Both the position numbers and the translations under genes were made by a program. From Squalus acanthias (taxonomy: Eukaryota), in NCBI GenBank assembly GCA_030390025.1, contig CM059431.1, positions 132,868,001 through 132,932,000 of the forward strand: 64,000 bases of DNA, written 5' to 3'. Within the stretch, counting starts at the first letter, position 1. The number at the start of each line of letters is the position of its first letter. Positions 12,851 through 25,673 of this stretch are shown one piece after another. Under the pieces are notes generated by a model. It saw only the letters and a list, made by a program, of their open reading frames with translations. It searched no databases and was not told where the DNA came from.

Positions 12851-13212
12851 TCTACCTGCTTTGAAGTTAGGTTCACATGGTCTCCTGCGATCGGCAGACT
12901 TTCCTCACTCCGAACTAACTCGATCCTCCGCTAAGGAGCCGTCCAGGTTTAACAGACAACTGAAGACCTACTCGGGAACGCTGAGAGTAAGTCTGTATAC
13001 TTACCGCACCGAGTTCACTTCAAGCAACCGATACCAGACTGCACACACCTGGCGCGGGCATCTGCCGTTCCTTAAAATCGATCTGCTTAGATTTTAAAAG
13101 GAATTGTTATGACTTCGATCTGTTGACAAGGGACGAAAACACTCCAGTGATCAAAAAGTTTGCGCTGAAGTTTGGGAAGTGGAAGCACTTGCTTGTGATT
13201 TTAGTTGTCACG

Positions 13213-13938
13213 ATGTCTAAGCCTGCGGATCACGTTAAGCGCCCCATGAACGCTTTCATGGTCTGGTCCAGGGCGCAGAGGAGGAAGATGGCTCAGGAAA
13301 ACCCCAAAATGCACAACTCCGAAATCAGCAAGAGGCTGGGAGCCGAGTGGAAACTTTTAACAGAATCTGAAAAGAGACCTTTCATCGACGAGGCCAAACG
13401 GCTCAGAGCACTGCATATGAAGGAGCACCCGGATTACAAGTACCGACCCAGGCGCAAGCCCAAAACCTTGCTGAAGAAAGACAAGTTCGCTTTCCCCATG
13501 CCTTACCTGGCGGATCAAGACGGGCTCAAATCGGCCGCCCTGTCCGCCAGCGTCCTGCCAGATTCCTTGCTCACCTCGACGGAGAAAGCCAGGCTTTTTT
13601 TCCCGCATGCTACAGCCAACCCGTACTCGCTCTTCGAGGCGAGCCATCTGGGCTCCAAAATGACCGAGATCTCGCCGACCTCCCTGGCTTCCTTGCAATA
13701 CGCCTCTCCGCTGGCTTACCAAAGCGGGGCGAGCGCTGCAGCGGCGGCCGCTGCCGCTGCGTTCGGCGGGGCTCACACTCACACGCACCCGTCGCCCGGC
13801 AATCCAGGCTATATGCTGCCGTGCAACTGCACTGCCTGGCCGGCTTCAGGACTGCAGCCTCCCCTTGCCTACATCCTCCTCCCGGGTATGAGCAAACCTA
13901 CACTAGAACCCTACCCTGCCTATGCAGCTGCATTATGA
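13213..13938 (+). CDS. sox21: SRY-box transcription factor SOX-21 (SoxB2 group, HMG box), single coding exon, 241 aa
   Basis: ATG at 13213 ([43 protein letters not shown]). Residues [29 protein letters not shown] and the C-terminus [31 protein letters not shown]...YAAAL match SOX21 rather than SOX14. Confidence 0.97.
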   Translation: MSKPADHVKRPMNAFMVWSRAQRRKMAQENPKMHNSEISKRLGAEWKLLTESEKRPFIDEAKRLRALHMKEHPDYKYRPRRKPKTLLKKDKFAFPMPYLADQDGLKSAALSASVLPDSLLTSTEKARLFFPHATANPYSLFEASHLGSKMTEISPTSLASLQYASPLAYQSGASAAAAAAAAAFGGAHTHTHPSPGNPGYMLPCNCTAWPASGLQPPLAYILLPGMSKPTLEPYPAYAAAL

Positions 13939-15089
13939 CAGGAGGCAAAAAGTTTCATTTGATTTGAAAGCAAGACGCCACATGTGTGGTTTTAAAGGAA
14001 AAGAAAAAAAACGAAACAGAAACTAGTGATTCAGCAGAGGTACTTTTCCAACTGTTGTGTTACGCGATCACTTGGAATGAACAGCTTCCCAGATAAATTG
14101 TTCTCAAATTATATGACAGAAACTTTTTGGGGGACGGGGATCGACTGTAATTGTTTGTAAAGGAAAACAAACCACCAATTCTAACCGATTGTTAAAACCT
14201 ATGTGTGTGTGTATATATATATCCAACCATGGACTCGGATGAGCCAGAGACAACTGCTCCATTTCTGCAGTCACATCACGACACGACGAAAAGTCAAAGG
14301 AAGTACTGTAAATGTGTAAAAATAATCGCAGTGGCCGGATTCCTGAATGTTGCACATAAATATATACAGCTCTTGAAGTAAACTACTATCCGTTTTGTTC
14401 ATTGGCATTGTACTCGGCAGAACCTAAACTTAAGACTTTCAATCAAATTGTAAATGTGTAAAAAAACCACTATTGCTCTGTCCATAGCTGTTCATATACC
14501 GTGAAACACGTGAACGATGACCTGAACAAACTGTACAGGCAACAAGAAGAACAAGAAAAGACTGTACATTTGTAAATGTTGGAGCTTTTAATCTACGGCT
14601 TGCTACCCGGTGTTGGCATCATTCAACTACCCAAATGATTGAAGCTGTAGAGCTGTACCCATCCGAACTACTACACGCATTGTTGCAGATTACGTAAAAG
14701 AAAGCTTAAACAGGATTGTAAATCTGTATATTTCGATGTTTGCTGTTGCATGATTAGTGCTCATTTTGTATTATTTTCCCTCACACGAGCCGGTCTTGGT
14801 CTCGCATACTTGACTTCTTGGGTTTAATGTAAACTTACCTGAGAACATAACCTATCTCCAGAACAACAAACAAAAAGAACAGTCGGAGGCACTGGTTCAG
14901 TGTGAAGCAGTCACTATTTGGACTGGCTGATATTTGTATTTATTGCTTAGTTAGACATAATTATTTTTGCATTTTACCCCCTCGGATACTGGACTATTTT
15001 CAGTCCTGTCGAGTAATGTTTGCACATCAAAAAGGTAATATCCGACCTCAGCGGTCAATATAATGTAACGATCAAACAAAAAAAGTGCA

Positions 15090-15095
15090 AATAAA
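15090..15095 (+). terminator. Candidate polyadenylation signal of sox21
   Basis: AATAAA ~1.15 kb after the stop, downstream of a TGTA-rich UTR-like tract. Confidence 0.4.
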
Positions 15096-15205
15096 TAGAA
15101 ATATACATAAAATACCACGTGCACTATAGTTACTAGAATAGCCACTACAGTTGTTAAAAGTTCTTCACGGTAGTACTGTGTGGGCCACACCAGAATGACC
15201 TCTGA

Positions 15206-15223
15206 CACTGCCATCTAGTGCTA
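15206..15223 (-). promoter_or_regulatory. Candidate CTCF site
   Basis: Minus strand TAGCACTAGATGGCAGTG, close to the CTCF core CCASYAGRKGGCRS. Confidence 0.55.
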
Positions 15224-15380
15224 CTCCTGTTATTGTTATTAGTATTAGTATTATTGGAGGAACAAAGCAACTTCCCAGTCATAACAATTGCTGAATCTGT
15301 TTTATTTTTCTCGGATTGAAAACGGCACATAACATTGACGATTGGTAGTTAAAGTCTTTGAAAATCCTTGACAAATATAA

Positions 15381-15480
15381 AATAAATAAAAACAGAAAAT
15401 GCTGGAAATACTCAGCAGGTCAGGCAGCATCTGTAGAGAGAAACAGAGTTAACGTTTCAGGTCGGTGACCTTTCATCAGA
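15381..15480 (-). mobile_element. Hammerhead-bearing short retroposed repeat, 10-bp TSD
   Basis: TSD ACAAATATAA (15371-15380, 15481-15490); minus strand starts T-CTGATGA-A-AGGTC-ACC-GACCT-GAAA-CG-TT-AACTCTG. Confidence 0.85.
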
Positions 15481-16564
15481 ACAAATATAATCTATATTAA
15501 CAGAATGTGATCTTTAGCAACACACAATATCCAGACGTCGGCAATATTTCTTTTTAAACATGAAAGTGTTAGTTAATATCTGTGAATCCTTTGGTGCAGA
15601 GTCTAGCATTTTGATTTATCTTGTTGCTGATTTTCAAAACAGCAATAACACCATTGCCGTAAACTTAATTTTTTATGTTTTTTAAAAACATCCATATGAT
15701 TTCAATATACCTGTTATGTTGTTTGCTGTTGTGTATTTCAAGTGTTGCGTGGTTCCAGCATGTTATTATTTCATAAAATGTTGGCGTTTCTGTAACATAA
15801 AAAACTTTTTTAAAGTATGCGTTTTGACGAATCTTTATGAAGTTTTAAAAAGTGTGGTATTTTTGTTTTTAATTTAATAGTAGACGCTGAACATTCTTGT
15901 AAATTTTAGGGTCTGATTACTACCCTGTTCATTTGTTGAACACAGCGTTTTAATAAAGAAGAAAACACAGAAAATCTAATTCTTGTTGTATTGCTAACGC
16001 GATTTGTATCTGAATTGCCCTTACGTACTTTGTCCAGGTGAAGTGTAAGGTATCCTCCAAAGGGTGTCTTTGTTCGTGCTTTGAATAGAATTACTCGGAA
16101 ATCTAAATCAACCCATTGTTACATAGAGCAGAAACCTGATTTATCACATTTTATAGTGAATAGGAAAGAAGATAAAACCACTTCGTTGTCTTTTAAAAAA
16201 CATTCACGGTTCGTAAAGGGTAGCCCAGCTGAATACAATGCTGCTGTTCAAGAGAACAGATAGTTCATTGATTCGAGTAACATTTAAAAGCTGAATTTGC
16301 CTATCGAGTCGATCTGTTGGTGCAGTTTCACTAGTTAAATCCTTGTAATTCTTCCGTCTGCCCGAGGGGTACTTCTCATTTACACCTTTGTGTTTTTCCT
16401 TTACTTTACGACTCTATTCACGAGTTTATCCGTGATTGTGAAGAGGCGAGAGAGGGACAGAGATTCCCTTTCACTCAAAGCACCCTTTTATTACTTCTGT
16501 ACAGTAAGGAAGTTAGAAACCTTTAGCACCACACTTCTAAGGAATGTTCTTTAATATACATGTA

Positions 16565-16680
16565 AAGAAACTGCAAATGTTGGGAAACTAAAATATTAAA
16601 AAGAACACTGGGAATGTTTTGCTGGGAATACACAACAGGTTCGTCGATATCCGAAACGAGAAAGGACAGGTTAACGCGCT
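16565..16680 (-). repeat. Old, degraded relative of the hammerhead-bearing repeat (core lost)
   Basis: CTGCAAATGTTGGGAA...GCTGGGAATACACAACAGGT...CAGGTTAACG resembles the family body. Confidence 0.4.
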
Positions 16681-19600
16681 TACTTTTGAGAATACGTAAA
16701 ATACATCAAATCAATATTTTTTTATTAGTTCATTGAGTGTATAATTCTAAAACGCGAGTATATCACTATATTTGTGACGCACCGTTACTAGTAGAGGAAT
16801 AGGTACAATCCCGGATGCATCTAACATCACTGTTGTCTAAGTGATACACTGTTTTATCAGCAATGGATGGTGTGCTGGTCAGCTTGTGTATGCGGGAGGA
16901 TCATACCTCAAAGCAGCTATTACTAAGGCCAAATATGATAATGAAAAAAAGATTAAATAATCATTCATAGTACCACATTTTAATTTCAAACAAAAAGCTA
17001 CGTGACTTGAAGAGAACAATTAATTTCAGTTGAAAAAATTTCAAATGAATGTTTCATAAAGCTCTGCGCTAGTAATGAAAATCTATTTCTCATCCTTTTG
17101 TATTGAATATAATGTAGGTCTCCTTTTTATTAAGGAGGTAAGTAATCATGGAACCCTTGTGATTGGAAGATACATTTCAATTAATTCTGCCACAATCGTC
17201 TAATCTTTTCTTCATCAAAAGCTATTATGGTGTTAAAATTAACAATTATGCAACCAATGTCTGTCTGAATCCACAAGGGGACGTCGAAAAAGCTTCAGAT
17301 AACACGACACGTATAAATCATTCATGAGAACAATTCATGTAAGAAAAGTTATCTGTGTTTTGAATGACATTGGAAGAACTAAATGGAACTCGTTCTGTGA
17401 AGGGACATTTTAACTTCATTGTCTACCTTGGTCTTTTCTCTTTTATTTCAGTGTAATATACATTTTCAAAATTAATTAAGCATTAACAGCAAGATAAATG
17501 CTTCTCTTTTATTCAGAGAAACAGTCGCCTCATTGGTGAAAGCTTATTTCACTTGAACAGCACCATTACAATGGCCGTTGCCAGATAAGGTGAAGGATTC
17601 TTCTTTAAACTAGAAATAAACGTTTTGACAGATGGCTGGATGATTACAAAAAAATAAACCCAAAAGCCTGTAACCTGGATTTTCGTCCACTCTCGTTATA
17701 ACCCCCACAGTTTATCCCTTTGGAGTATTTTCTGTTACATGGAATAGGTGTAGTTAAAAGCACCAAAATACGTACATGACGTTTCGTAGCTTCAAACGTT
17801 GACCCATTTTATCAACATACATTTTCGTTTATGTAAAACGTTTGCCACGTGCAACACCTTTATTTACATATCCCTTTAAATGGTTGAAGATTACAAATTT
17901 AATCAACTTACCTCATAAAAGAGCAGGAGTTGTTTCATATAGATTTTGATTACCATCGAATATATTTTCCAAATATATTTCTATTCCTGTTTCCATATTT
18001 GATATGTTGGTCTGGAAATAGAAAATGTTATCAGCGTTTTATTGTAATAATGTTCTGAAACATCTATATATCTAGCCGAAACAAAAACAGAAAAATGTTG
18101 GAAATACATCTCAGGTCAGGTGAATCAGCATCAGTAAAAACAAAATACTCTAAATCAGAACCCGTTCTCAGTAAGGCTACCCCCCACACCCGACACTTTA
18201 ACGTGTCTTTTCACTTCATTGACCTGATGCATCTGATGTCCTACTTTTGTTTGAGTTTCAGTATTTATAGTTTTTTTCTATCTATATATCCATCCAAACA
18301 AAATAATATAAACTGGATCTATAATTTCTCTACAAGCAACTTCAAAATAAGCCTCTGTAAACGTCCAATAATTATCTCACAAATACTTCTTAACATCCTT
18401 CTGTCACTATCCTCTTTGCTTTCAATTATCAGTTTATTACATAAATCCACAAAACAGCTGAACCTCAAAAAGTGAATAAGAATGAAAGAAGTGCAGCATA
18501 CTAAAATAAACAGATGCTAACTGCTTTCATAACATTTGATCACATATTCCATACACAAATCTAAACTGGTAAAACTAAAATAAAATTACATACATTACAC
18601 TTTTTAAATATGTTACAAGTAATAATGATAAGATGGTAGTGATTTCAAAGTCAGGTCTCATCTTAGCATTCAGATAATGGGTATAAACTCAGCTCTGAAC
18701 CTATGGTTAAAATGCTAGCAGGATCCCTTCATTCAGCCTTGTAATCACTCCCTGCAATCCAGTTTATGTGTATTACTCACTGGATATTGATATATCCTGG
18801 TAAAATAGAATTTTGGAGACCACACACATTATGGTATGATTATCCTGCTTTATAGTGGTTGGATTGGACGTCTGATTTACTTTAAATCTCAGTGATAAAT
18901 GGCAGTGAATCATTTCCAATGTAAATGAAAGCATCTTTGGAGGTTGGTTTTATATCGGTGTGCATTTGGACACATGACAGTGTAACATGATTTTGGATTT
19001 GTGATCAAATAGTTCCATTTTCCAAGCATGGAATCTTTTCCTGCATTACTTCCATATTGTTTGCTGCATCCACCTGTTACCTGTTTCAATTTAATGATTG
19101 CTATTACATTTTCCTGTCGAGTTTATGTGTACTCATAAAAATGCACAAAAATTACAACCATGCTGGCTTCTGTTAAGAATCAGAAATGTAAACAGGGCAG
19201 CTGCACTTAGTTCAACCACATGGATTCAAACAGTGAGCCTTGGTGTGACACGCAATCTCAATATAACCATGCCATTACTTTCTAGCAACATTTCCACTTT
19301 ATGTTACAAAATCTGAAACTGCTTGGCAAATCTCAATCACGATAATAGGTAAAGTCAGCATCAATATGAAAAAAATAGTCGTGGTAATGTAAGATGAAAA
19401 CTTCAGTGACAAAACTCAAGTCTTATACAATCCCTGTGGGGATTTCAAGTTAACTGTAGAATGTTGTCACAGAGAGTGGATTTTGCATCATATTTGTGCT
19501 AGCTAGAGATCATTTACAATATTACCCTTGTTATCCATTAAGGGCAGCATGCCAGATATGTAACTCTAACATGGTTTTAGTGTTTTCCTATTGTGATTAA

Positions 19601-19799
19601 AATCAATTTTTTTTGAACTTTGTAAAAATGAAACATTTGCTTTTTTCATAGATATTTCTGTAAAATATCCCTGTGCTCAGACTGAAACTTAAAGCAGTTA
19701 ATATTTTTGTTGCACATCAGTTAAATATATATATTGCTACTATTAAATTATCAATAGCTCCCTTGATAGGTTTACTAAGTGCCTGAACCATACAATTCA

Positions 19800-20180
19800 G
19801 GAAGCTCCTAGATTTAATCCTCAATCTGTGGTGAGTTAGCTAATCTCCGTTGGGCTGGAGGTAGGCCTCAGTACCTTGGGTTAGATGGTTTCCACTCCTG
19901 ATTGCTGTTGAGGGTCTCCTGCTGGAAGTACACATGTAGATGTCAGATGAGGACAGGATCAGGCTCAGCTGTAATGCCCCCACCGCCTCCCCGCCTGCCC
20001 GCCCCTCCCCCCCCCCCCGCCCCCACCCCCGTACTGCAGTTGTATAAGATACAAACATTCACTGTCAATGTTCACACAGGAAAAAGACCGCTTAGGCAAG
20101 GTGCTGGAGGGTAAGTGACATCTGTGGATCCATATACCCCATTAAGGAGTCAACATTTTCAGCAAAGGAGGAAGAGAGGG
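19800..20180 (+). repeat. Old SINE-like repeat
   Basis: Shares GAGGACAGGAT....CTCAGCTGT.ATGCCCC with 44155-44520; degenerate B-box-like head. Confidence 0.45.
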
Positions 20181-21176
20181 AGAAAATTGATGAGAAAGCA
20201 GTCAGTATTTTTCTTTACAAATTGCCTTACTTAGGTTAGACACTATACTCAGAATTGATTCAGATCCCACCGGTGTAAGCTATAAACTCTTAGCACTATG
20301 ACACACATCTGTATAGTTTTTAATGTTTTCAACAAGGTTATTTAATTACCTGTACTTTCAAATTATGGGATGTTGGCTTACTGTCCCTTATATTCCTGCA
20401 GTAAAAAGCTAAAGGATTTTTGTTACTCTTGTAGGTATCTTTTGTTAGGATTTCATAGGGAGCCAATATCCAATGGGAAACCATTAAACCTTTGTCTGGT
20501 TAAACCGGGCATGTTTGTCCCCATGAATTTAATGAAACTAGTAATATATTTGCACATTGCACCCATCTTTCAAAGTTATGATGTAATCATATGTTGTTTT
20601 CAATCTGTCCCTTGAAATAGAAGTCAATGGAGTCTGTTTCACTTAAGTGAAAATGAGTTATATGGATAATCTCCTATCCACCTTAATTGGATAGTTTCTC
20701 AAGAGAAATAAATCCTCCTCTTGGTTCACTGCTTGTTCGTCTTACATGTATATATGGGTCCTTTCATTACATTTTATAGTTTGTAGCTTTGTAGTCCGTA
20801 GAGTGCCCTGTAAAAGCTGATGTTAATTTTTCATTTTTCTACAACAGTGTAGCCTGGGGATCAGGAACCTTTTCAATGATGAGTGCTGGATTAATAACTT
20901 TTCGTTTCTGAATCAGCGTTCCAGCAAACCAGCATGTCAGCAGCCAAAATTTGAACTAAATTTCATATGAAAAATATGGAACAATGCCAGTGAATACATT
21001 ATTCCCATTTTATCCCCAAAAAATCACTTAACGATGTATTTATTTACATTTTGATGAATTTTCCAGATTCATAAAAGTGAGGAAATATTTTTCTATTTTG
21101 GGCTTTCAGTGTCACCATCAAACACTCTTAAATCAAATATTGCATGCGCACCTACAGCATAAAGATTCTTTAAAAA

Positions 21177-21866
21177 GGGCTCGATATTGCTTAGCACCCC
21201 GTTTGGGGAGTTAACTTTTCAGGGAGTGCAAAAGAGGGAAGTGGAGCACTAAATCAAGCGCTACCACTTCCCTTAGAGCACTAAAGGGAGTGAGGGGGTG
21301 GTATCGGCAGAGCGCTGAGCAATGTTTGGGGCAGCGCTGCCGTCTTTACAGGCTCCTTCCCTCCCTTAAAGGGAAGGGCCAATGCTGTGTTGAATGAGTC
21401 TTCAGGCTGTGTCTGTTGGGCAATGGCACCTGCGCAATGAGCATAGCAGCCCCAAGCCCACTAAGAGAGTGCAGGGTTGAGCAATCACGGGGGCAAAAGA
21501 AAGCAGGAGGCACCAGAATGAGGACATAAATACATTTTGCCCTACCTGACCACCACTGCCTTTAAATAGCGCTCCCCAAGTGGCCAGCCTAGGTGACAAC
21601 GCCGCCTGTAGCTGCTGTTGTTGACGCCCGGCGATGCTGCAGGGGGTGGGAGCGAATATCACTTCCAAGGCGCTGCGCACCGGATGACGTCATGAACTTC
21701 GGGGCGCAAGAGAGCGAGGCGGTAAGTCTTAGCGTCAGCGCAAATCCATCAGGGAAGCTCGCGGGCATCGGTGAATTCACCGTGCCCGGTCGGTAACCCC
21801 TTAGCGCCCCGTTACCGTCCCCCGCAGGCGCTATTGGGAGACACAAACCAGTGGAATTTCTCCCCC
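21177..21866. mobile_element. GC-rich MITE-like element, probably Harbinger-type
   Basis: Abrupt GC-rich block in AT-rich DNA with ends GGGCTCGATATT...AATTTCTCCCC and the GATGACGTCA and CCTTAAAGGG motifs seen in the other Harbingers. No clean TSD. Confidence 0.5.
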
Positions 21867-22009
21867 ATCTTTGCCTTAACATGGAATTGAAATTGTGTTT
21901 TGTGAATGAAAGAAGTACTACTTTTTTTCAAAGACAGCTGTGTTTGTACTGAACCTGCAGTTAGCAGACAAATTGGTGACGTGGATCTAAGTTGTGCATA
22001 CTTTCTCAA

Positions 22010-23165
22010 GATCACAAGATAATTACGGATGAGGAAGGCCATTTAATTCATTCAGCCATCAGAAACAATTTGATGTTACAATGTCCTTCGCCCCCTCCCC
22101 CCCCCACCCCCGCCACCCTTGTACCATCCAATTATTTCTTAAATTGTTCCAAAGTTCGTGCCTTCACTACTCTATCTGGATGTTTATTCCACACATTAAT
22201 CACTTTTTGTGTGAAGAATTTTGTGTTATCAGTCTTTTGTTCACCTTTTACTAGTTTGAATCTGAGTCCCCTAGTTCTACTCTCACATTTTAACTTAAAG
22301 TAATATTTTGGGTTAACCTTTTCTATACCTTTACAATTTTATATATCTCTATAAGATCACCTCTTAGATGTCTTATTTGTCAGCTGAAAAGCATAACTTT
22401 CTTCATGACCCTGAACCCTGTCACCATGGATCAGCCTTGTGGCTCTTTGCGGTATCTCCAGCACTTGAATATCTCTTTTGTGTCTTGGTGGCCAGGCTGG
22501 ATGCAGCATTCAAGGTGCAGTCTGACCAGAACACTATAAAGTTTGATAGCAAAATACTGCGGAGGCTGGAAATCCAAAATAACAACAGAAAATGCTGGAA
22601 AAACTCAGCAGGCCAGGCAGCATCCATGGAGAGAGAAACAGAGTTAACGTTTCAGATCGAAGACCTTTCGTCAGATAAAGTTTGATCACTATCTCATCTG
22701 ACTTAAATTCTACTGTTTTGGCTGTGTAGTTCAACATTCTATTGGCATTATTGATTGTTACACTGCATTGGTTAGACATGTTTAGCTTTGAGTCTGCTAA
22801 GACTCTTACATCTCTTTCAACTTCATTCGTAGCTATTTCAACACCAATCATGGAGAACTCATGTCATCTATTTTTCCTTCCCATGTGTAGCACTTTGCAC
22901 TTGACTGCATTAAATGTTATTTGTCATTTGTTCTGCCCACTTTCATATCTTGTTCAATTCATTCTGTAATTTATGAGCTGCCTCCCCTGATTTCACTGCC
23001 TCTCCTATTTGGTATCATCTGGAAATTTGCCCACTTTGCATGGAGTTTCTGAGTCTCGGTCATTTATTTAAATTAGAAACAGCAGCAGTCCCAGCACTGA
23101 GCCTGGAGGCACCCCACTGAGTACTTCCCCCCACTCTGACATAACTACTCTAATGAGTGCTCACT
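22010..23165 (-). mobile_element. Old, degraded CR1 LINE
   Basis: Remnants ERDVRVLADSKLNMSNQC..ANRMLNY and SGVPPGSVLG on the minus strand; 3' hairpin near 22035. Confidence 0.8.
22548..22674 (-). mobile_element. Hammerhead-bearing short retroposed repeat, 12-bp TSD
   Basis: TSD ATAAAGTTTGAT (22536-22547, 22675-22686); minus strand starts CTGACGA-A-AGGTC-TTC-GATCT-GAAA-CG-TT-AACTCTG. Confidence 0.88.
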
Positions 23166-23835
23166 GGGCCAGAATTTACTGTAATCAGCGAATGAATGAC
23201 GTCCGCCCTTTATTAGACTTTCCCTTGCCCGTTAAATTTCCATGAGCTTTTGCATGGCAAGTTGCTGCAAGTGGGAGATGAAAATGACACAGCGCTCTCT
23301 ACAGGGCATCTGGGACTTGTGTGAACAGGCCAAGCAACTGTGCATCTCCTTAACCAAACAGATTGCAGAATCGTTAATGAACAGCACAGATTCTGAACCA
23401 GGATGTGTAGAATAATGAATTCAATGTCAAATCAGGTACAGAAAACAACATAAAGAGAGGGAAAGTGAGATTGGCTTAAGAGAGAGAGAGCGCAAAAAGA
23501 GACAGAAAGAAAAAGTAAAAAAGAAAAAATGTAATTAAAAAGGAAATCTCCAACAACAATTAAGAGCTGAAGGAATGAGAGTCCACACTTGTAACAGTTA
23601 ATTGTTAGTCCCAGAGAGGTTGTTTGGCAGTAATTAAGACTTATCACGCTGTTAAAAAAGGTACTTAGACTGACATTGACAAGCCCTAACTTTCTGTGGC
23701 GAGTTTAGTCCATATCTACGATGTAAGTACACGAACTTCACGCAGCTCAATACATTTGAATCGAGAGCCAGACGGTGAGATGCCATTTTCGCGCAGTTAA
23801 CGGACAGCAACTTCCGGATTTTTGCGTTTAACTGG
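23166..23835. mobile_element. Harbinger-type MITE (family H), right end truncated by CR1
   Basis: Starts GGGCCAGAATTT; reverse similarity to 1-726 and 42850-43130. Confidence 0.55.
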
Positions 23836-23915
23836 GACTCAACAAAATTAACATAAGCAAAATAACAGCAATGAAGAAAATAATGGCACTAAAGAGTGAC
23901 AAATCCCCAGGACCA

Positions 23916-25672
23916 AATGACACAAAACTTGGAAGTATAGTGAACAGTGAGGAGGATAGTGATAGACTTCACGAGGGCATAGACAGGCTGGTGGAATGGG
24001 CGGACACGTGGCAGATGAAATTTAACGCAGAAAAGTGCAAAGTGATACATTTTGGTAGGAAGAACGAAGAGAGGCAATATAAACTAAAGGGTACAGTTCT
24101 AAAGGGGGTGCATGAACAGAGAGACCTGGGGGTATATGTGCACAAATAGTTGAAGGTGGCAGGGCAGGTTGAGAAAGCGGTTAAAAAAGCATACGGGATC
24201 CTGGGCTTCATAAATAGAGGCATAGAGTACAAAGGCAAGGAAGTTATGATGAACCTTTCTAAAACACTGGTTTGGCCTCAGCTGGAGTACTGTGTCCAAT
24301 TCTGGGCACCGCACTTTAGGAAGGATGTGAAGGCCTTAGAGAGGGTGCAGAAAAGATTTACGAGAATGGTTCCAGGGATGAGGGACTTCAGTTATGTGGA
24401 TAGACTGGAGAAGCTTGCAGAATGGGCATATAATTGGCAAATGAAATTCAACACAGATAAATGTGAGGTATTACATTTTGGTAGGAAGAATAGGGAGGTC
24501 ACTTATTACTTGAAGGATGCAAGTCTGGGTGGGGTAGAGGGGCAAAGGGATCTCGGAGAACAAATACACAAATCACTAAAAGTAGCGACACAGGTTAACA
24601 AGGCCATAAAAAAAGCAAATGAGGCACTATGGTTTATTTCTAGAGGGATAGAATTGAAAAGTAGTGAAGTTATGCTAAATTTGTATTGAACCTTGGTTAG
24701 ACCACACTTGGAGTACTGCGTACAATTCTGGTCGTCATATTATAAAAAGGATATGGAGGCACTGGAGAGGGTGCAGAGAAGATTTACAAGGATGATACCA
24801 GAAATGCGAGGGTGAACATATCAGGAAAGGATGAACAGGCTAGGGTCTCTTTTCGCCTGAAAAGAGAAGGCTGAGGGATGACCTAATAGAGGTCTTTAAA
24901 ATCATGAAAGGTTTTAATAGAGTAGATGCAGAGAGAGTATTTCCACTTGTGGGGAAGAGCAAAACTAGAGGCCATCAATATAAGATAGTCACCAAGAAAT
25001 CCAATAGGGAATTCAGAAGAAACTTCTTTACCCAGAGAGTGGTGAGAATGTGGAACTCACTACCACAGGGAGTAGTTGAGGCAAATAGTATAGATGCATT
25101 TAATGGGAGGCTAGATAAGCATATGAGGGAGAAGGGAATAGAGCGTTATGCTGATAGAGTTAGATGAGGAAAGACGGGAGGAGGCTCGAGTGGAGCATAA
25201 ATGCCGGCATGGACTAGCTTGGGCCGAATGGCCTGTTTCTGTGCCGTATATCCTATGTAATCCTATGTAAAGCTGAGGTTGTTCTCCTTAGAGCAGAGAA
25301 GATTGAGAGAAGATTTGATAGAGGTGTTCAAAGTCATGAGGAGTCTAGACAGAGTAGATAGAAAGAAACTGTTCCCATTGGCGGAAGGGTAGAGAACCAG
25401 AGGACACAGATTTAAGGTGATTGGCAGAAGAACCAAAGGCGACATGAGGAAAAACTTTTTTATGCAGCGAGTGGTTATGATCTGGAATGCACTGCCTGAA
25501 AGGGTGGTGGAGGCAGATTCAATCGTGGCTTTCAAAAGGGAATTGGATAAGGACCTGAAGGAAAAAAATTTGCAGAGTTCTGGGGAAAGGGTGGGGGAGT
25601 GGGACGAGCTGAAGTGATCTAGAATGGGCCGAATGGCCTTCTTCTGTGCTGTAACCATTCTATGATTCTATG
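23916..25672 (+). mobile_element. CR1 LINE Y (23916-24415 + 25270-25672), inserted in CR1 X and interrupted by CR1 Z
   Basis: DTKLG...VDRLEKL resumes at 25270 and ends in an (ATTCTATG)n tail. Confidence 0.9.
24416..25269 (+). mobile_element. CR1 LINE Z, nested in Y
   Basis: Restarts at AEWAYNWQMKFN and ends with a (CCTATGTAAT)2 tail; AAGCT is duplicated at 24411-24415 and 25270-25274. Confidence 0.9.
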
Positions 25673-25673
25673 A

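Noticed and set aside
13123..13212. 30-aa N-terminal extension of Sox21 from a TTG start
   Set aside because: SoxB2 proteins begin MSKP directly before the HMG box; the extension comes from the ORF caller allowing TTG.
13357..13788. Antisense 143-aa ORF
   Set aside because: Shadow of the GC-rich sox21 CDS with no recognisable domain.
13213..13938. Calling the gene sox14
   Set aside because: Diagnostic residues ([23 protein letters not shown]-terminal YAAAL) match Sox21.
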